DNA from: a virus
Strand: one strand, 5' to 3'
DNA: 64,000 nt
IMG/VR virus record: IMGVR_UViG_3300012953_006207
Span: 1 to 64,000 of that record
Shown: piece after piece, positions 9,870-19,566 of the stretch
How the letters are laid out: every line of letters begins with the position of its first letter
How positions within the stretch are numbered: position 1 is the first letter of the stretch
Notes under the pieces: model-generated
What the model saw: the letters and a program-made list of their open reading frames with translations, nothing else
What the model was told of the DNA's origin: nothing
The model's database searches: none
Made by a program: the position numbers and the translations under genes

Positions 9870-10396
9870 GTAAGCGAAAAGCATGTTTCCTTCAGATGAT
9901 TGAAAGGAAAAAGTGGAAAAGTTGGGAGATAAAAATTATTAAAAATAATTATAAAAAATTGACCGACATAGAAATAAATGAAAAGTATCTACCGCACAGA
10001 ACCGAAAGTGCGATACGAACAAGAAGGCACTTATTAAAGTTAAGAAAAGATATGCAGAAACATCAACTCTGGAATAAAGAGGAAATAAAAACCCTGAAAG
10101 AAAACTATCTAGATTACGACCAAAGAGAGTTGCGAGATAAGTTTTTCCCAGATAAAACTGTTGAACAAGTTAGGTCTGCCAAGATGAGTAGAGGGCTAAA
10201 AAAGCCTAGAGTTTGGACTGAAGAGGAAGTAGACTTATTGGTGCTACATGGTGCTAATCACACCCATACAGAAATGCATAAGAAGTTTTTACCCAACAAA
10301 ACTCCTGAAAAGATTAGCTCTATGAGAAGGTATTATAACATTAGGAGAACCCCAAATGTCGCGAAAAAAACTCATAAAGACCCTTCGTTCAATTGA
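9857..10396 (+). CDS. Protein with three Myb/SANT-like repeats (putative DNA binding)
   Basis: Three W..EE...L...Y/H......EI...(F)P.(R/K)T...IR units; true start may be ~9896. Confidence 0.7.
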   Translation: MERVSKRKACFLQMIERKKWKSWEIKIIKNNYKKLTDIEINEKYLPHRTESAIRTRRHLLKLRKDMQKHQLWNKEEIKTLKENYLDYDQRELRDKFFPDKTVEQVRSAKMSRGLKKPRVWTEEEVDLLVLHGANHTHTEMHKKFLPNKTPEKISSMRRYYNIRRTPNVAKKTHKDPSFN

Positions 10397-10559
10397 GGAG
10401 CTTGAGCATTATCTTTCTGAATCTCAGGTGTATGGCCTTAATATGGTTTCCATAACCACAACTACAGAACTTTTATCAAAGATAAAAAATAATTTACTAG
10501 ACGAAGGCTCCAATCTCGTGGACGTAGATGAAGAGCAGAATAAAGACGTTGAACCCTAA
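10356..10559 (+). CDS. Hypothetical protein
   Basis: Short ORF filling the gap before the sigma gene. Confidence 0.45.
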   Translation: MSRKKLIKTLRSIEELEHYLSESQVYGLNMVSITTTTELLSKIKNNLLDEGSNLVDVDEEQNKDVEP

Positions 10560-10564
10560 ACTGC

Positions 10565-11224
10565 ATGGCTGCTGCTTCCTTAGAAGAGAAACAAGAGCGA
10601 CGACTCTTACGCCTAGCCCGAAGGGGAAACTGCGAGGCTTATGAGGAGTTAATAGGTCATTACGGCCCTGCGCTAAAAGGATGGATAAGAAAGTATTGCA
10701 GGGGCAACGATGACTTAGCGGAAGAAATATACTCTATCACCATAATAAAGTGTTGGAGTAAGATAAAAAAGTTCAAAGGCAATTCTAAGTTTTCTACTTG
10801 GGCAAACGCCATAGCAAGAAATGCATTCCTAGATGAATTTCGCAAAAAGAAAAAATGCAAACTCATAGATATTGAAAACGTAGCTTTTCTGGCGTCTTCT
10901 TCTCAAGAATCAGAAGACCTCAAGAAATCTCCAGCGAAGCCAATTCCTGAATATGATTCAGTAGATGATGATCTACCTTCTGCCCGCATAGAGAATCAAG
11001 AAAAGAGGGATCAAGCTAAAAAAATATCCACCAAGGTCTTAAATAAACTCTCAAAAGATCACAGAGAAATATTAGAACTTCGAGATATGCATGGATTAGA
11101 GTACAGTGAAATTGCTTCTACACTTAAAATTCGTTTGGGTACTGTTATGTCTAGGCTTTACTATGCCAGAAGAAATGCGAAGAAGATTCTTCTTAGAATT
11201 GAAAAGCGTCAGCCAATATGCTAG
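10565..11224 (+). CDS. ECF (RpoE-type) sigma factor
   Basis: A.RG...AYEELI..Y, AEEI, FKGNSKFSTW...IARN..LD..R; region 4 REILELRD..GLEYSEIA..L....GTVMSRL..AR. Confidence 0.9.
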   Translation: MAAASLEEKQERRLLRLARRGNCEAYEELIGHYGPALKGWIRKYCRGNDDLAEEIYSITIIKCWSKIKKFKGNSKFSTWANAIARNAFLDEFRKKKKCKLIDIENVAFLASSSQESEDLKKSPAKPIPEYDSVDDDLPSARIENQEKRDQAKKISTKVLNKLSKDHREILELRDMHGLEYSEIASTLKIRLGTVMSRLYYARRNAKKILLRIEKRQPIC

Positions 11225-11236
11225 CATTTCTCCGAA

Positions 11237-11602
11237 ATGGAATTTCATACTTCTAAAAAACTTATGGCCGACGACGTAAAAGTCGCCTTGGTGGATGTAG
11301 ATGAGACTGTTTGCTTTTACCCTAATGAAAGAAAATACGATCAAGCCGAGCCTAATCTAGAAAATATCGCCAAGATAAACAAGCTTTATAACGAAGGGTG
11401 GAGAATACTTTACTGGACAGCAAGGGGAGGTTCAGACAGGTCTAAAGCAGAAGGGAGATGTTATTATGATTTCACTTGGAATCAATTAGAATCTTGGGGA
11501 TGCAAGTTTCATGATCTCTCTACTGGTTCCAAAGGAGATTACCAGAAACCACCTAACGATCTTATCATAGACGATAAGGCTAAAAGGATAGAGGAAATTT
11601 AA
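11237..11602 (+). CDS. Minimal HAD-family phosphatase (capsule-biosynthesis phosphatase-like)
   Basis: DVDET, WTARG, KP..D..IDDKA. Confidence 0.8.
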   Translation: MEFHTSKKLMADDVKVALVDVDETVCFYPNERKYDQAEPNLENIAKINKLYNEGWRILYWTARGGSDRSKAEGRCYYDFTWNQLESWGCKFHDLSTGSKGDYQKPPNDLIIDDKAKRIEEI

Positions 11603-11603
11603 C

Positions 11604-11834
11604 ATGGGAAAACAGGAGCAATCTTACAGCGTCGACCTTTTGTACAGGGCTAAAATGACGATAGAGGTTGATGCTTCGGACTATTCAGAAGCTCACAAAA
11701 AAGCCTACAATATTTTCATGGACTCTTCTCCCGACGATATCTTTAGTCAATCTAGCGTAAAATATTCCTTAGTAGAAACTTCGATAAAGCCTGACGCAAA
11801 TAATAAAGACGGCACAGACGTTCTTCATGATTGA
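11604..11834 (+). CDS. Small hypothetical protein (DpnD/PcfM-like pattern)
   Basis: YSV......IEVDA....EA..KA pattern shared with ORFs at 45652 and 45991. Confidence 0.5.
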   Translation: MGKQEQSYSVDLLYRAKMTIEVDASDYSEAHKKAYNIFMDSSPDDIFSQSSVKYSLVETSIKPDANNKDGTDVLHD

Positions 11835-12516
11835 TAAGATTCTAGTTTTAGTTCCTAGCAGAAAAAGACCTTCAAGTATAGAAAAGTTAAGGAGGTCTTT
11901 CTTGCAAACCCACGCTAACAAAAGTGAAATATTAGTTATACTAGATAAAGACGACGAGCAAAATTACTATAGGCATCATGATTTAAATTACGAAGTCTAC
12001 GAAGGCGAAGCTGGTTATTGCCAAGAAAAAATGAACGGTTATGCCTTTAAATATCGTAAACAATATAAGTATATTGGCTTTATAGGTGACGATAATGAGT
12101 TCATAACCAAGGATTGGGATTTAAAAGTTTTCTCGGCTTTGGATAATATTGGAGACAATGCGATTGCCTATATAAACGATCAACTTCAAAACTACTGCAA
12201 CGCCAATAAAGATTGCTGTAGAAATGTGTTCTTAGATTCAAATATTATTAATAAAATAGGATATTTTGCACCCCCAAACTTAAGACATTTTTATCAAGAT
12301 AATTTCTGGTTTGCTACTGGTACTAAATTAGGGACTTTGGTATATTTAGAAGAAGTTAAAGTTAATCATGCTCATTTTTTAGCCAACCTTTCTGATCGAG
12401 ACGAGATATACCAGTCGGCTTATGATGGAAATAAGCTAAATGAAGACTGTAAAAATTATAACGAGTATTTAAATAAACAGTGGGCGGACGACATTAAAAA
12501 GCTTTTAAATAAATGA
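11827..12516 (+). CDS. GT-A fold glycosyltransferase (GT2-like)
   Basis: VLVPSRKRP, LDKDD, FIGDD, HFYQDN. Confidence 0.75.
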   Translation: MIDKILVLVPSRKRPSSIEKLRRSFLQTHANKSEILVILDKDDEQNYYRHHDLNYEVYEGEAGYCQEKMNGYAFKYRKQYKYIGFIGDDNEFITKDWDLKVFSALDNIGDNAIAYINDQLQNYCNANKDCCRNVFLDSNIINKIGYFAPPNLRHFYQDNFWFATGTKLGTLVYLEEVKVNHAHFLANLSDRDEIYQSAYDGNKLNEDCKNYNEYLNKQWADDIKKLLNK

Positions 12517-12839
12517 TACAGATAAAGTCAGTTAATCCTTTTAGCAGAAAGAGCAAAATAAAATGCGGTTTCTGCGGGCTGACCTATTCTGCTAGAGATT
12601 ATAGGATTTTATGGGAAGAAAGAAAGGTTTTGTACTTTAAAATTCAATTACCTTCCCAGAAAAGGTGGAGGATCGTCTGTCACGGGTGTTTATTACAAGT
12701 TCTCAAAAAGTACTACCCTAATTACGACAAGATAGAATTAATGATTATAGATGATCTTGATAATATAGAAAAAACCTGTGAGGTAGTGCTTGATCGAATA
12801 AAGTCGGAAGAAATATTAAGTTTAGATTTTTGGCCTTGA
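12513..12839 (+). CDS. Hypothetical zinc-finger protein
   Basis: CGFC and CHGC pairs. Confidence 0.55.
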   Translation: MIQIKSVNPFSRKSKIKCGFCGLTYSARDYRILWEERKVLYFKIQLPSQKRWRIVCHGCLLQVLKKYYPNYDKIELMIIDDLDNIEKTCEVVLDRIKSEEILSLDFWP

Positions 12840-12871
12840 TTTTTTTCAAAAAAAAGTATAAAAAGTCATGA

Positions 12872-13798
12872 ATGCCCAGAAAAAAGAAGCAAGGTAAACC
12901 TGAAGATAGGATTATTTCCCCAGATGACGTTCTGACCACTTACTTTAATGAGGCAGGAGCTTTTCCCCTTTTAAGCAGAAAAGAAGAAACCGCTTTAGCT
13001 GAGAAGTATATAAAATATAGAACCAATAAATCTAATTGCGGTAGTAGAGTTAGAAATGAAGGAAAGAAGGCTAGAGAGAAGCTTATAAATAGCAACCTAA
13101 GGCTAGTAATAAGAATAGCTAAGGATTACAGAGATTTAGGGTTAGATTTTTCAGATTTAGTTTCAGAAGGCAACGCTGGCCTAGTAAGAGCGGTTGACAG
13201 ATTCGAACTGAATCATGGAGCCAAACTTTCTACTTATGCTTCTTATTGGATTAGGAAAGCTATTACTAGGTCTCTATCTAATAGCTCTAGAACTATAAGG
13301 CTTCCCGTGCATGTTTCTCAGTTAAAGTGCCAGATAATGCGTTACATAGAGGACTATAAAATCCTCAATGAAGGGACTCGCCCTGAGAACTGTGATATAG
13401 CGAAAAAATTTAGCATAACTGAAGATAAAGTCCAAAAGACTCTAGCTTCTCACGTTTCTTATGTTTCAATAGACAAGCCAGTGGGTGAAGAATCTGAAGC
13501 CGAAACTATGGCTAACTTTTTGCCAGATGAAAGCATTTTAAACCCTTTAGATTCCGCGCTTTACGCTAACGACATAACTATGCTTGAAGATTTCCTAAAC
13601 AAGCTAAATGATCGAGAAAGAAAAATTATAGAGCTAAGATTTGGGCTACGTAATTACGATAGAGAAACTCTTGAAATAGTAGGGGAAAAATTCAACCTTA
13701 CTCGAGAGCGAATTAGACAAATAGAAAGCGCAGCGATGAGAAAGCTAAGAAACTGGGCGAGCAAACTTAAAAAAAGAGACGCCAGAGAGGAGCAGTAA
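12872..13798 (+). CDS. RpoD/RpoS-family sigma70 factor
   Basis: PLLSRKEE, NLRLVIRIAK, DLVSEGNAGL, STYASYWIR, RTIRLPVH, TLE.VG..FNLTRERIRQIE..A. Confidence 0.95.
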   Translation: MPRKKKQGKPEDRIISPDDVLTTYFNEAGAFPLLSRKEETALAEKYIKYRTNKSNCGSRVRNEGKKAREKLINSNLRLVIRIAKDYRDLGLDFSDLVSEGNAGLVRAVDRFELNHGAKLSTYASYWIRKAITRSLSNSSRTIRLPVHVSQLKCQIMRYIEDYKILNEGTRPENCDIAKKFSITEDKVQKTLASHVSYVSIDKPVGEESEAETMANFLPDESILNPLDSALYANDITMLEDFLNKLNDRERKIIELRFGLRNYDRETLEIVGEKFNLTRERIRQIESAAMRKLRNWASKLKKRDAREEQ

Positions 13799-13802
13799 CA
13801 AG

Positions 13803-14411
13803 ATGGTCACCGAAAATCAAATAATAAAACATCGCCTTAACAAAGCTTATTGCGGAGAAGCTCAAAAGGCTTCAGATATGTTTACTAAAGAAAATCTTCC
13901 AAGCAATATAAGAGGCAAAGGAGAAAGAAAACACACGGCAAATGACGATTCATTGATGGGACAGTGCGCTATGCTTGCTTGTTGCCGTCATTTATTTGGT
14001 ATGCAAGGTAGGGAAAAGTTTTGGCAAGCTGCTCACCAAGCAGAAATGATACCTCTTCAGAGAAAAGTTTATGGAAATGACTATATTAGTGACGGAGGGA
14101 TGGATATACCTTTTTTAATGACGGACGTTAAGTCTTCTCAAAGAAACAAAAAAGAACTATCAGACCATTACGCTATAGTTAACCGTAGAGAGTATCACGA
14201 AGGTGTAACTTATATATTCTGCATCGTGGAAGACCCAGACGAAAACGGCGGAAGAATCGTTAATATATGTGGATGGAGCACCTCTGAGGAAGTAAAAGCC
14301 TTGGGGCCATTTGACCCACCTCACGAAGCACTTAGCTCTTTTAAAGGTGAGTATGCAACGCAAATTAAGAATATTAACCCGATGACGCCTATGAATTGGA
14401 CTAAAGTCTAA
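13803..14411 (+). CDS. Hypothetical protein, possible PD-(D/E)xK fold
   Basis: DGGMD......DVKS motif and V.I.GW. Confidence 0.45.
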   Translation: MVTENQIIKHRLNKAYCGEAQKASDMFTKENLPSNIRGKGERKHTANDDSLMGQCAMLACCRHLFGMQGREKFWQAAHQAEMIPLQRKVYGNDYISDGGMDIPFLMTDVKSSQRNKKELSDHYAIVNRREYHEGVTYIFCIVEDPDENGGRIVNICGWSTSEEVKALGPFDPPHEALSSFKGEYATQIKNINPMTPMNWTKV

Positions 14412-14523
14412 TGTTTAAACGTCCACCACTTAGTTGGATTTATATAGCAGTCTTGACTATATTTTATCTCCTAAGTAGTCTATGCATACTGATTTACCAT
14501 TCTCTAAAGGGATTATTTAAGAA

Positions 14524-14709
14524 ATGAAATACGCAGGAAAAGATAAAGTTTTTAAATACAAAAAAGGTTCACCCACATCTGGCTTAAAATTAAACCAAGG
14601 AAAGGGTGACGAAGTAAGACCTCACGACCCCAAGAAGTATCGTGATAATTACGACCAAATAGATTGGTCTAGCAAAAAGAAAAAAGATGACAAAAAAACA
14701 AAAGGCTAA
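14524..14709 (+). CDS. Small basic hypothetical protein
   Basis: GKGD..R......Y..NYD.IDW pattern common in phages. Confidence 0.5.
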   Translation: MKYAGKDKVFKYKKGSPTSGLKLNQGKGDEVRPHDPKKYRDNYDQIDWSSKKKKDDKKTKG

Positions 14710-14908
14710 ACAGTACCTAGACAATAGCCTTAGCAATAACTTGCAAGGTACTCTTGATAGAACAGCTAACTACTATCAATCGAAGGGCTACGAGAAACAA
14801 GCTAAGGCAATCAGAAACTTTAAGAAGGAAGTTAGATTGCTGGTTGGAAGTCTGTAAGAAAATTTAATAATTTCTTTTTGCCAAAAGAAATTTTTGTAAA
14901 TTATTAAA

Positions 14909-15721
14909 ATGAAAAGCTGCAACATAGAAAATTTAAATGCTTTAGCTGAGAAAAACTCAGAAAAATATAAAAACAGGAAACCTTTTCCGTATATCTCGTT
15001 TGAGAATTTCCTAAACTTTGGCGCAGCCCAAAACATGATGGATGCATTTCCATCAATTGATGAAAATTTCTACAAATACGACAATCCTCTTGAGAGGAAA
15101 TACGCTTTCGACAAAGTGTCAGAATTACCTGCTCCCATCAGAGATACTCTGATCGAGTTAAACTCCCCTCCATTTCTAAACTTCCTTGAGAAACTTACGG
15201 GTATCAATGGATTGATTCCCGACCCGTATTACAGAGGTGGCGGTATACACCAAAGCAAAAGAGGCGGTAAACTCGATATGCATGTAGACTTCAATGTTCA
15301 TCCCAAGCTAGAACTCCATCGCAGATTAAATATTTTGATTTATTTAAATAAAGATTGGAAAGAGGAATACGCAGGTGACTTCCAGATATGGAAAGGTCAT
15401 AAAAATGAAAAAGGTAAACACGTTCTAGAAGAGCTAGAAGCGCGTATCTATCCAAACTTTAACACATTCGCTTGCTTCTCTACATCAGAGAAATCTTATC
15501 ATGGATTTCCAGACGAAATAAAATGCCCTGAAGGCATGACTAGGAAGTCTATAGCGTTGTATTACTACACCGCGCAACCAGCTTTTGAATCCCTTGATGA
15601 AGAGCAACACTCTACTACGTTCATCAAGAGACCACATGAATCTAACGAACTGGAAGAACTCAGAGAAAAAAGAAACAAAGGTAGAATAAACTCAAACATT
15701 AAAGATTCATCCCTATCTTAA
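14909..15721 (+). CDS. 2OG-Fe(II) oxygenase (prolyl-hydroxylase-like)
   Basis: PFPY...ENF, GGGIH, HVD, RRLN.LIYLN..W...Y.G, SYHG, RKSIA.YYY. Confidence 0.9.
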   Translation: MKSCNIENLNALAEKNSEKYKNRKPFPYISFENFLNFGAAQNMMDAFPSIDENFYKYDNPLERKYAFDKVSELPAPIRDTLIELNSPPFLNFLEKLTGINGLIPDPYYRGGGIHQSKRGGKLDMHVDFNVHPKLELHRRLNILIYLNKDWKEEYAGDFQIWKGHKNEKGKHVLEELEARIYPNFNTFACFSTSEKSYHGFPDEIKCPEGMTRKSIALYYYTAQPAFESLDEEQHSTTFIKRPHESNELEELREKRNKGRINSNIKDSSLS

Positions 15722-15723
15722 TT

Positions 15724-15936
15724 ATGAAAAAAGAAATGTATAGAGCACTTGAACTCAAGTATTTGGCGCAAATGCAGGAAGCTTTCGCTACGCTAGAGGT
15801 TTACTTTACCAACCCCACTGGCATTGGCGAGCATCCCCAATTAATCGAAGAGATGGACAAACAAGTTGCTATCGCTGCCGAAGCTGAAGACAAATTAAAT
15901 TACCTCAAATCTCATTTTTTAGAATACAATAAATGA
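15724..15936 (+). CDS. Conserved phage hypothetical protein
   Basis: NPTGIGEHP..IEE.DK motif. Confidence 0.65.
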   Translation: MKKEMYRALELKYLAQMQEAFATLEVYFTNPTGIGEHPQLIEEMDKQVAIAAEAEDKLNYLKSHFLEYNK

Positions 15937-16229
15937 AAAAATATTGGGATCATAGCACCTCGCCTTCAACGTATGTAGTTTCACGCTTGAAAGGCAAAGG
16001 AAAATACGCCGAATATACTGAAGCGTTCAGGGGTAGCTATACGGATGGAATGATGTACATTAAGTCGTTAGAAAATGACGGGATGATAGACTTTGAAAAT
16101 GACTATCTACCCGCAATGAGTAAAATAAAGGCCATAACATACCGAGCCTTGATGGTGGAAAAAGAATTGAGGAGAGACATAATCAGACTCAAGAAAGAAT
16201 TAAAAGCCATTAATGAAAACAAAAAATAA
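15933..16229 (+). CDS. Hypothetical protein
   Basis: Operon-packed ORF. Confidence 0.5.
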   Translation: MKKYWDHSTSPSTYVVSRLKGKGKYAEYTEAFRGSYTDGMMYIKSLENDGMIDFENDYLPAMSKIKAITYRALMVEKELRRDIIRLKKELKAINENKK

Positions 16230-16360
16230 CCTAGAAGAACTAATACAAAAGTATCAAAAACAAAAAAATGAAATCATAATAATGGACGACTATGATGCGG
16301 GGCGAGTAAATGAAATGTCGCACGTTATAAAAGAGTTAGAAGAAATGCTTCAAAAAAGAA

Positions 16361-16654
16361 ATGGAACTGAACGATGTAATAAATAGCGGGTTTGTATTTG
16401 TAGCGGGGTTTTTTTATATTTTAAACCTATACAAGCTTTATGTAGACAAAGATGTAAAGGGTATAAGCAAACTAAGCATAGTATTCTTTTCGTGTTGGAA
16501 CTTCTGGACTTTGTATTTCTTTCTTTCCAGCACAGACTTCTTCTGGACTCAGGTATCTTACGGGTTTGTAACCATTGTTAACTCTGCCTACTTGGTTATG
16601 TTAGCTAAATATACATTTAGCAAAAAAAAAGTTGATCCACCTCCCACCTCTTAA
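16361..16654 (+). CDS. Three-helix membrane protein, PQ-loop/SemiSWEET-like
   Basis: Three hydrophobic segments with KDVKGIS loop motif. Confidence 0.55.
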   Translation: MELNDVINSGFVFVAGFFYILNLYKLYVDKDVKGISKLSIVFFSCWNFWTLYFFLSSTDFFWTQVSYGFVTIVNSAYLVMLAKYTFSKKKVDPPPTS

Positions 16655-16695
16655 TCGATTGACTTCCAATCAAAAAAGAAATAAAATCTTGTTAT

Positions 16696-17088
16696 ATGAA
16701 AGAAGTACGCGAATTCTCCTTTTGGACATTGCTTCGTGCAAGTTGGAGAGGTCATGATGTAATCTTTGGGGTAACCAAAAGTAAAAGTGCAAAGGCTATG
16801 CTCCAGCTAACGAACGAAATTAATAAAGACGTTAAAATTATCTTAATGCCAGAAGATTCAAACGCGCAAATAGAACCACCATCAAAGGAAGACTTTGAAT
16901 GCATGGAAAAATATTTCTACGAGGAAGGCTACTTTGAATTTATAGAAGAAATTTACAACCTACTAAACAACGAACCAAATAAAATAAACGAGACATGGTT
17001 CAACTCAAATCTAGCAAAAGTGCAAGCTCAAGCTGCAACCGCATGGTCTGAGAGAACCGAAGCTGAATACGGCAACAATGAGACCTAG
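16696..17088 (+). CDS. Hypothetical protein
   Basis: Preceded by TTGACT-17-TAAAAT promoter (16659-16687). Confidence 0.55.
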   Translation: MKEVREFSFWTLLRASWRGHDVIFGVTKSKSAKAMLQLTNEINKDVKIILMPEDSNAQIEPPSKEDFECMEKYFYEEGYFEFIEEIYNLLNNEPNKINETWFNSNLAKVQAQAATAWSERTEAEYGNNET

Positions 17089-17341
17089 AAAAGCTACCAA
17101 AGAAATTCATGGTATCACCATACCCAATCCACCCAAAAAAGCTACGCATGTGGAATTGCTTGTTGAAGGAGGGAGGAAAGCAGTGGTAGGAATAAAAGAT
17201 TTTGATACGCTTTTAGGAACAGAGGGAATATTTCAATACATACAACGGAATAATTCTGGGAAAGTTGTAGAAAAATGGGAAAAGACATGGAAATGGTCTG
17301 GAAAGGAAGTAGTCTGGGACATTTTGAAAAAATCATCTTGA
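17078..17341 (+). CDS. Hypothetical protein
   Basis: Overlaps upstream ORF. Confidence 0.5.
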   Translation: MRPRKATKEIHGITIPNPPKKATHVELLVEGGRKAVVGIKDFDTLLGTEGIFQYIQRNNSGKVVEKWEKTWKWSGKEVVWDILKKSS

Positions 17342-17370
17342 TTTTTTATTTAAATTAAACAATATTATTA

Positions 17371-17468
17371 CGCTCTCTAGGGAATAGAGTTACGAGAGAT
17401 TCGTAGACGAAGGATTAATTTCTGTAGTTTCGTCCTTTCATTGAACACCCTAGAGAGTGTTTTTCTTA
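17371..17468 (+). ncRNA. Candidate small structured RNA or structured leader
   Basis: 12-bp closing stem CGCTCTCTAGGG / CCCTAGAGAGTG enclosing two hairpins, followed by a T-tract; upstream TTGATT-17-AATATT. Confidence 0.45.
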
Positions 17469-17807
17469 ATGGCTAAACTAGAAAAACCTTTTGACTTCGA
17501 CATAATGTCCTCTTACGAGGAGTTTGCTGAGCTAGAGCCAACTTCCTTGTATCAATGGGGTTCAGACAAATGGACTGGAGAAACTAAAGACGGTCACCTA
17601 ATAGCGGTAAGTACTTCAAATGGTGCTCTTCAGCTTGCGAAGAGTGAAACTTACGACGGCCTTAAATACGCTAAGTTTTATCTAGTAGGAATTCTAAAAG
17701 ACAAAAAATCAGTTATATCGGCTTCTTCCGCTCTATCAACTAAAGAAATATGCGAATTCATGTCTTGGAAAATTGACTACGATTACGTAATGGATTTCCT
17801 CAAGTAA
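17469..17807 (+). CDS. Hypothetical protein
   Basis: ORF from ATG 17469 (MAKLEKPF). Confidence 0.5.
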   Translation: MAKLEKPFDFDIMSSYEEFAELEPTSLYQWGSDKWTGETKDGHLIAVSTSNGALQLAKSETYDGLKYAKFYLVGILKDKKSVISASSALSTKEICEFMSWKIDYDYVMDFLK

Positions 17808-18765
17808 ACACAGTTTTAATAACTTTATTACTAGCGAATTGCCAAGGCTGCTTCCGAAGTTTGTGATTCGCAGGAACAACTGAGTTAGGAACAGGAAAGA
17901 CTATAGTGGGAGTATATTTATAAACTCCTACAGAATGAAATCGAAAATGATGATGACCTTTTGGCCCCTCTCCTTTTTCTACATAACTTCCTTCGACTTG
18001 ATTCATGTCGATGCACCTCCATCCACTTCTTTCGTAATATCTTTCTCTCGTTTCTGGATCAGTTTTGCTTAAGTTGTGAACTAATTGAACATGAGCATCA
18101 GTTATAATTTCTTTACACCAATAGTTAAACGGGTAGTTTTCGCAATGAATTTCATGATCTCCGAAGGTAGTTCTGTCAGTCAAAGGAATGCATTTTGGAA
18201 GCCTTTCGAAAGGTAAGTTCCTAGCTTGATCCCACTTCAGCTTTGTTTCATACTCAGCGGATACACCAGATACAGAAAGGTCTACGTATTTGCATTTTCC
18301 TATGTCGGGTCTTTCGAACCATTTCTGATAAGTAATTCCATGATAATTTAATCTCCCATAGAATTCCATGTCTTGAAACATTGCGCCCCACCCCATAAAG
18401 ACATTATTTCCCCCAGAATCATAAAATGACCTTGGTATAATTTTATATCCACCATACATAAGAAAGCATATTTCATTTTGTCCCGTCCAAGAATAATCTA
18501 TGTTCTCTATGGGTATATTGTCTATGCCAACTAAAATCACGTAGTCACAACCTAGTTTTTCAAACGCAGTCCTAATTCCTACGTTTGAAGCTAGATTAAA
18601 ATTAAATGTAGTTTCGTGGTCTACTTGTTCAGCTAAAATAATTTCATAACTAGAAAACTTGGGAGACTTTGGGTGGGCTTCTAGATATTTCTTTGTTTTC
18701 TCTAAGAAGATAGGGAGATATCTTTCTCTCCTCTTACTAAAGGGTGCAACTATTCCCGCTTTCAC
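17800..18765 (-). CDS. GT7 (beta-1,4-galactosyltransferase)-like glycosyltransferase
   Basis: IVAPF..R, I.LAEQ....FN.....NVG, GG.N.F.GWG...D.EFY.RL; GTG start 6 nt after TTGAAA-17-TATTGT. Confidence 0.7.
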   Translation of the reverse strand: MKAGIVAPFSKRRERYLPIFLEKTKKYLEAHPKSPKFSSYEIILAEQVDHETTFNFNLASNVGIRTAFEKLGCDYVILVGIDNIPIENIDYSWTGQNEICFLMYGGYKIIPRSFYDSGGNNVFMGWGAMFQDMEFYGRLNYHGITYQKWFERPDIGKCKYVDLSVSGVSAEYETKLKWDQARNLPFERLPKCIPLTDRTTFGDHEIHCENYPFNYWCKEIITDAHVQLVHNLSKTDPETRERYYERSGWRCIDMNQVEGSYVEKGEGPKGHHHFRFHSVGVYKYTPTIVFPVPNSVVPANHKLRKQPWQFASNKVIKTVFT

Positions 18766-18819
18766 GCTTGAACAATATCAAAAACCCTGTATGATTTCAA
18801 CTAAATAACAAGAACTGAC

Positions 18820-19560
18820 ATGTCGAGAATTAACCCCAATTTAGACTTACAGCACATTAAGAATGAGTACATCAAAAACGATAAATTCGTAATAGTTAGA
18901 GACTTTTTAAAACCAGAATACATAGAAAAATTAAGAAACTTTTACAATAACGTTCACGATGAAAGCTGGTGGTCTTGGATGTTTTTCCCTGAGCCGAGCG
19001 TAATATCTGAAAATAAATGGCAATCAACTGTCCTTAAAAACACCCCAGAGAACAAAGAAAAGGTTGAAGCTAAACGTAAAGAGTTAGCTAAGATAAGAGA
19101 TGCGGGAGGATGTTTTTCTTACATATACCAAAGAGTTTTTTATGGTGACCACTGGGAACACTGCGATTGTCCTGAATGTGATAACTGGAAAGGTTTTTTA
19201 ATTCAACCTGAGATGCTTAATTTTTTAGAGTTTGTCTCTGACTTTAAAGAGCTTAGGGCTGGAGAACTTTTTACTAGCAGACTTCAAAAAGGTGACTGGA
19301 ACGGCCCCCACCATGATTTCCAAAAAGGAAGAGTCACTATTGTTTTAAATCTATCAGAGGGCTTTAAACCTGAGGACGGCGGAGCATTCTACTCAATGGA
19401 AGAAGATTACTGCACGATAAAAGGCTTCGAGCCACCAACGTTCAACTCTTTAGTTTTATTTGACGTATCCGAGAGACCTAATGGAAAAGGCTTGCCTCAT
19501 GTCGTTACCCCATTAAAGGCGAATAAAAAACGGGTAGCTATAACAGGCTGGTATCTTTAA
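18820..19560 (+). CDS. 2OG-Fe(II) oxygenase
   Basis: PHHD, DGG, PTFNSLVLFDV, PHVV, RVAITGW. Confidence 0.85.
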   Translation: MSRINPNLDLQHIKNEYIKNDKFVIVRDFLKPEYIEKLRNFYNNVHDESWWSWMFFPEPSVISENKWQSTVLKNTPENKEKVEAKRKELAKIRDAGGCFSYIYQRVFYGDHWEHCDCPECDNWKGFLIQPEMLNFLEFVSDFKELRAGELFTSRLQKGDWNGPHHDFQKGRVTIVLNLSEGFKPEDGGAFYSMEEDYCTIKGFEPPTFNSLVLFDVSERPNGKGLPHVVTPLKANKKRVAITGWYL

Positions 19561-19566
19561 CTTAGC

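Noticed and set aside
17371-17459. Structured RNA as a tRNA
   Set aside because: It has a 12-bp closing stem, only two internal arms, and no T-loop (TTCRA) arm or CCA in tRNA positions.
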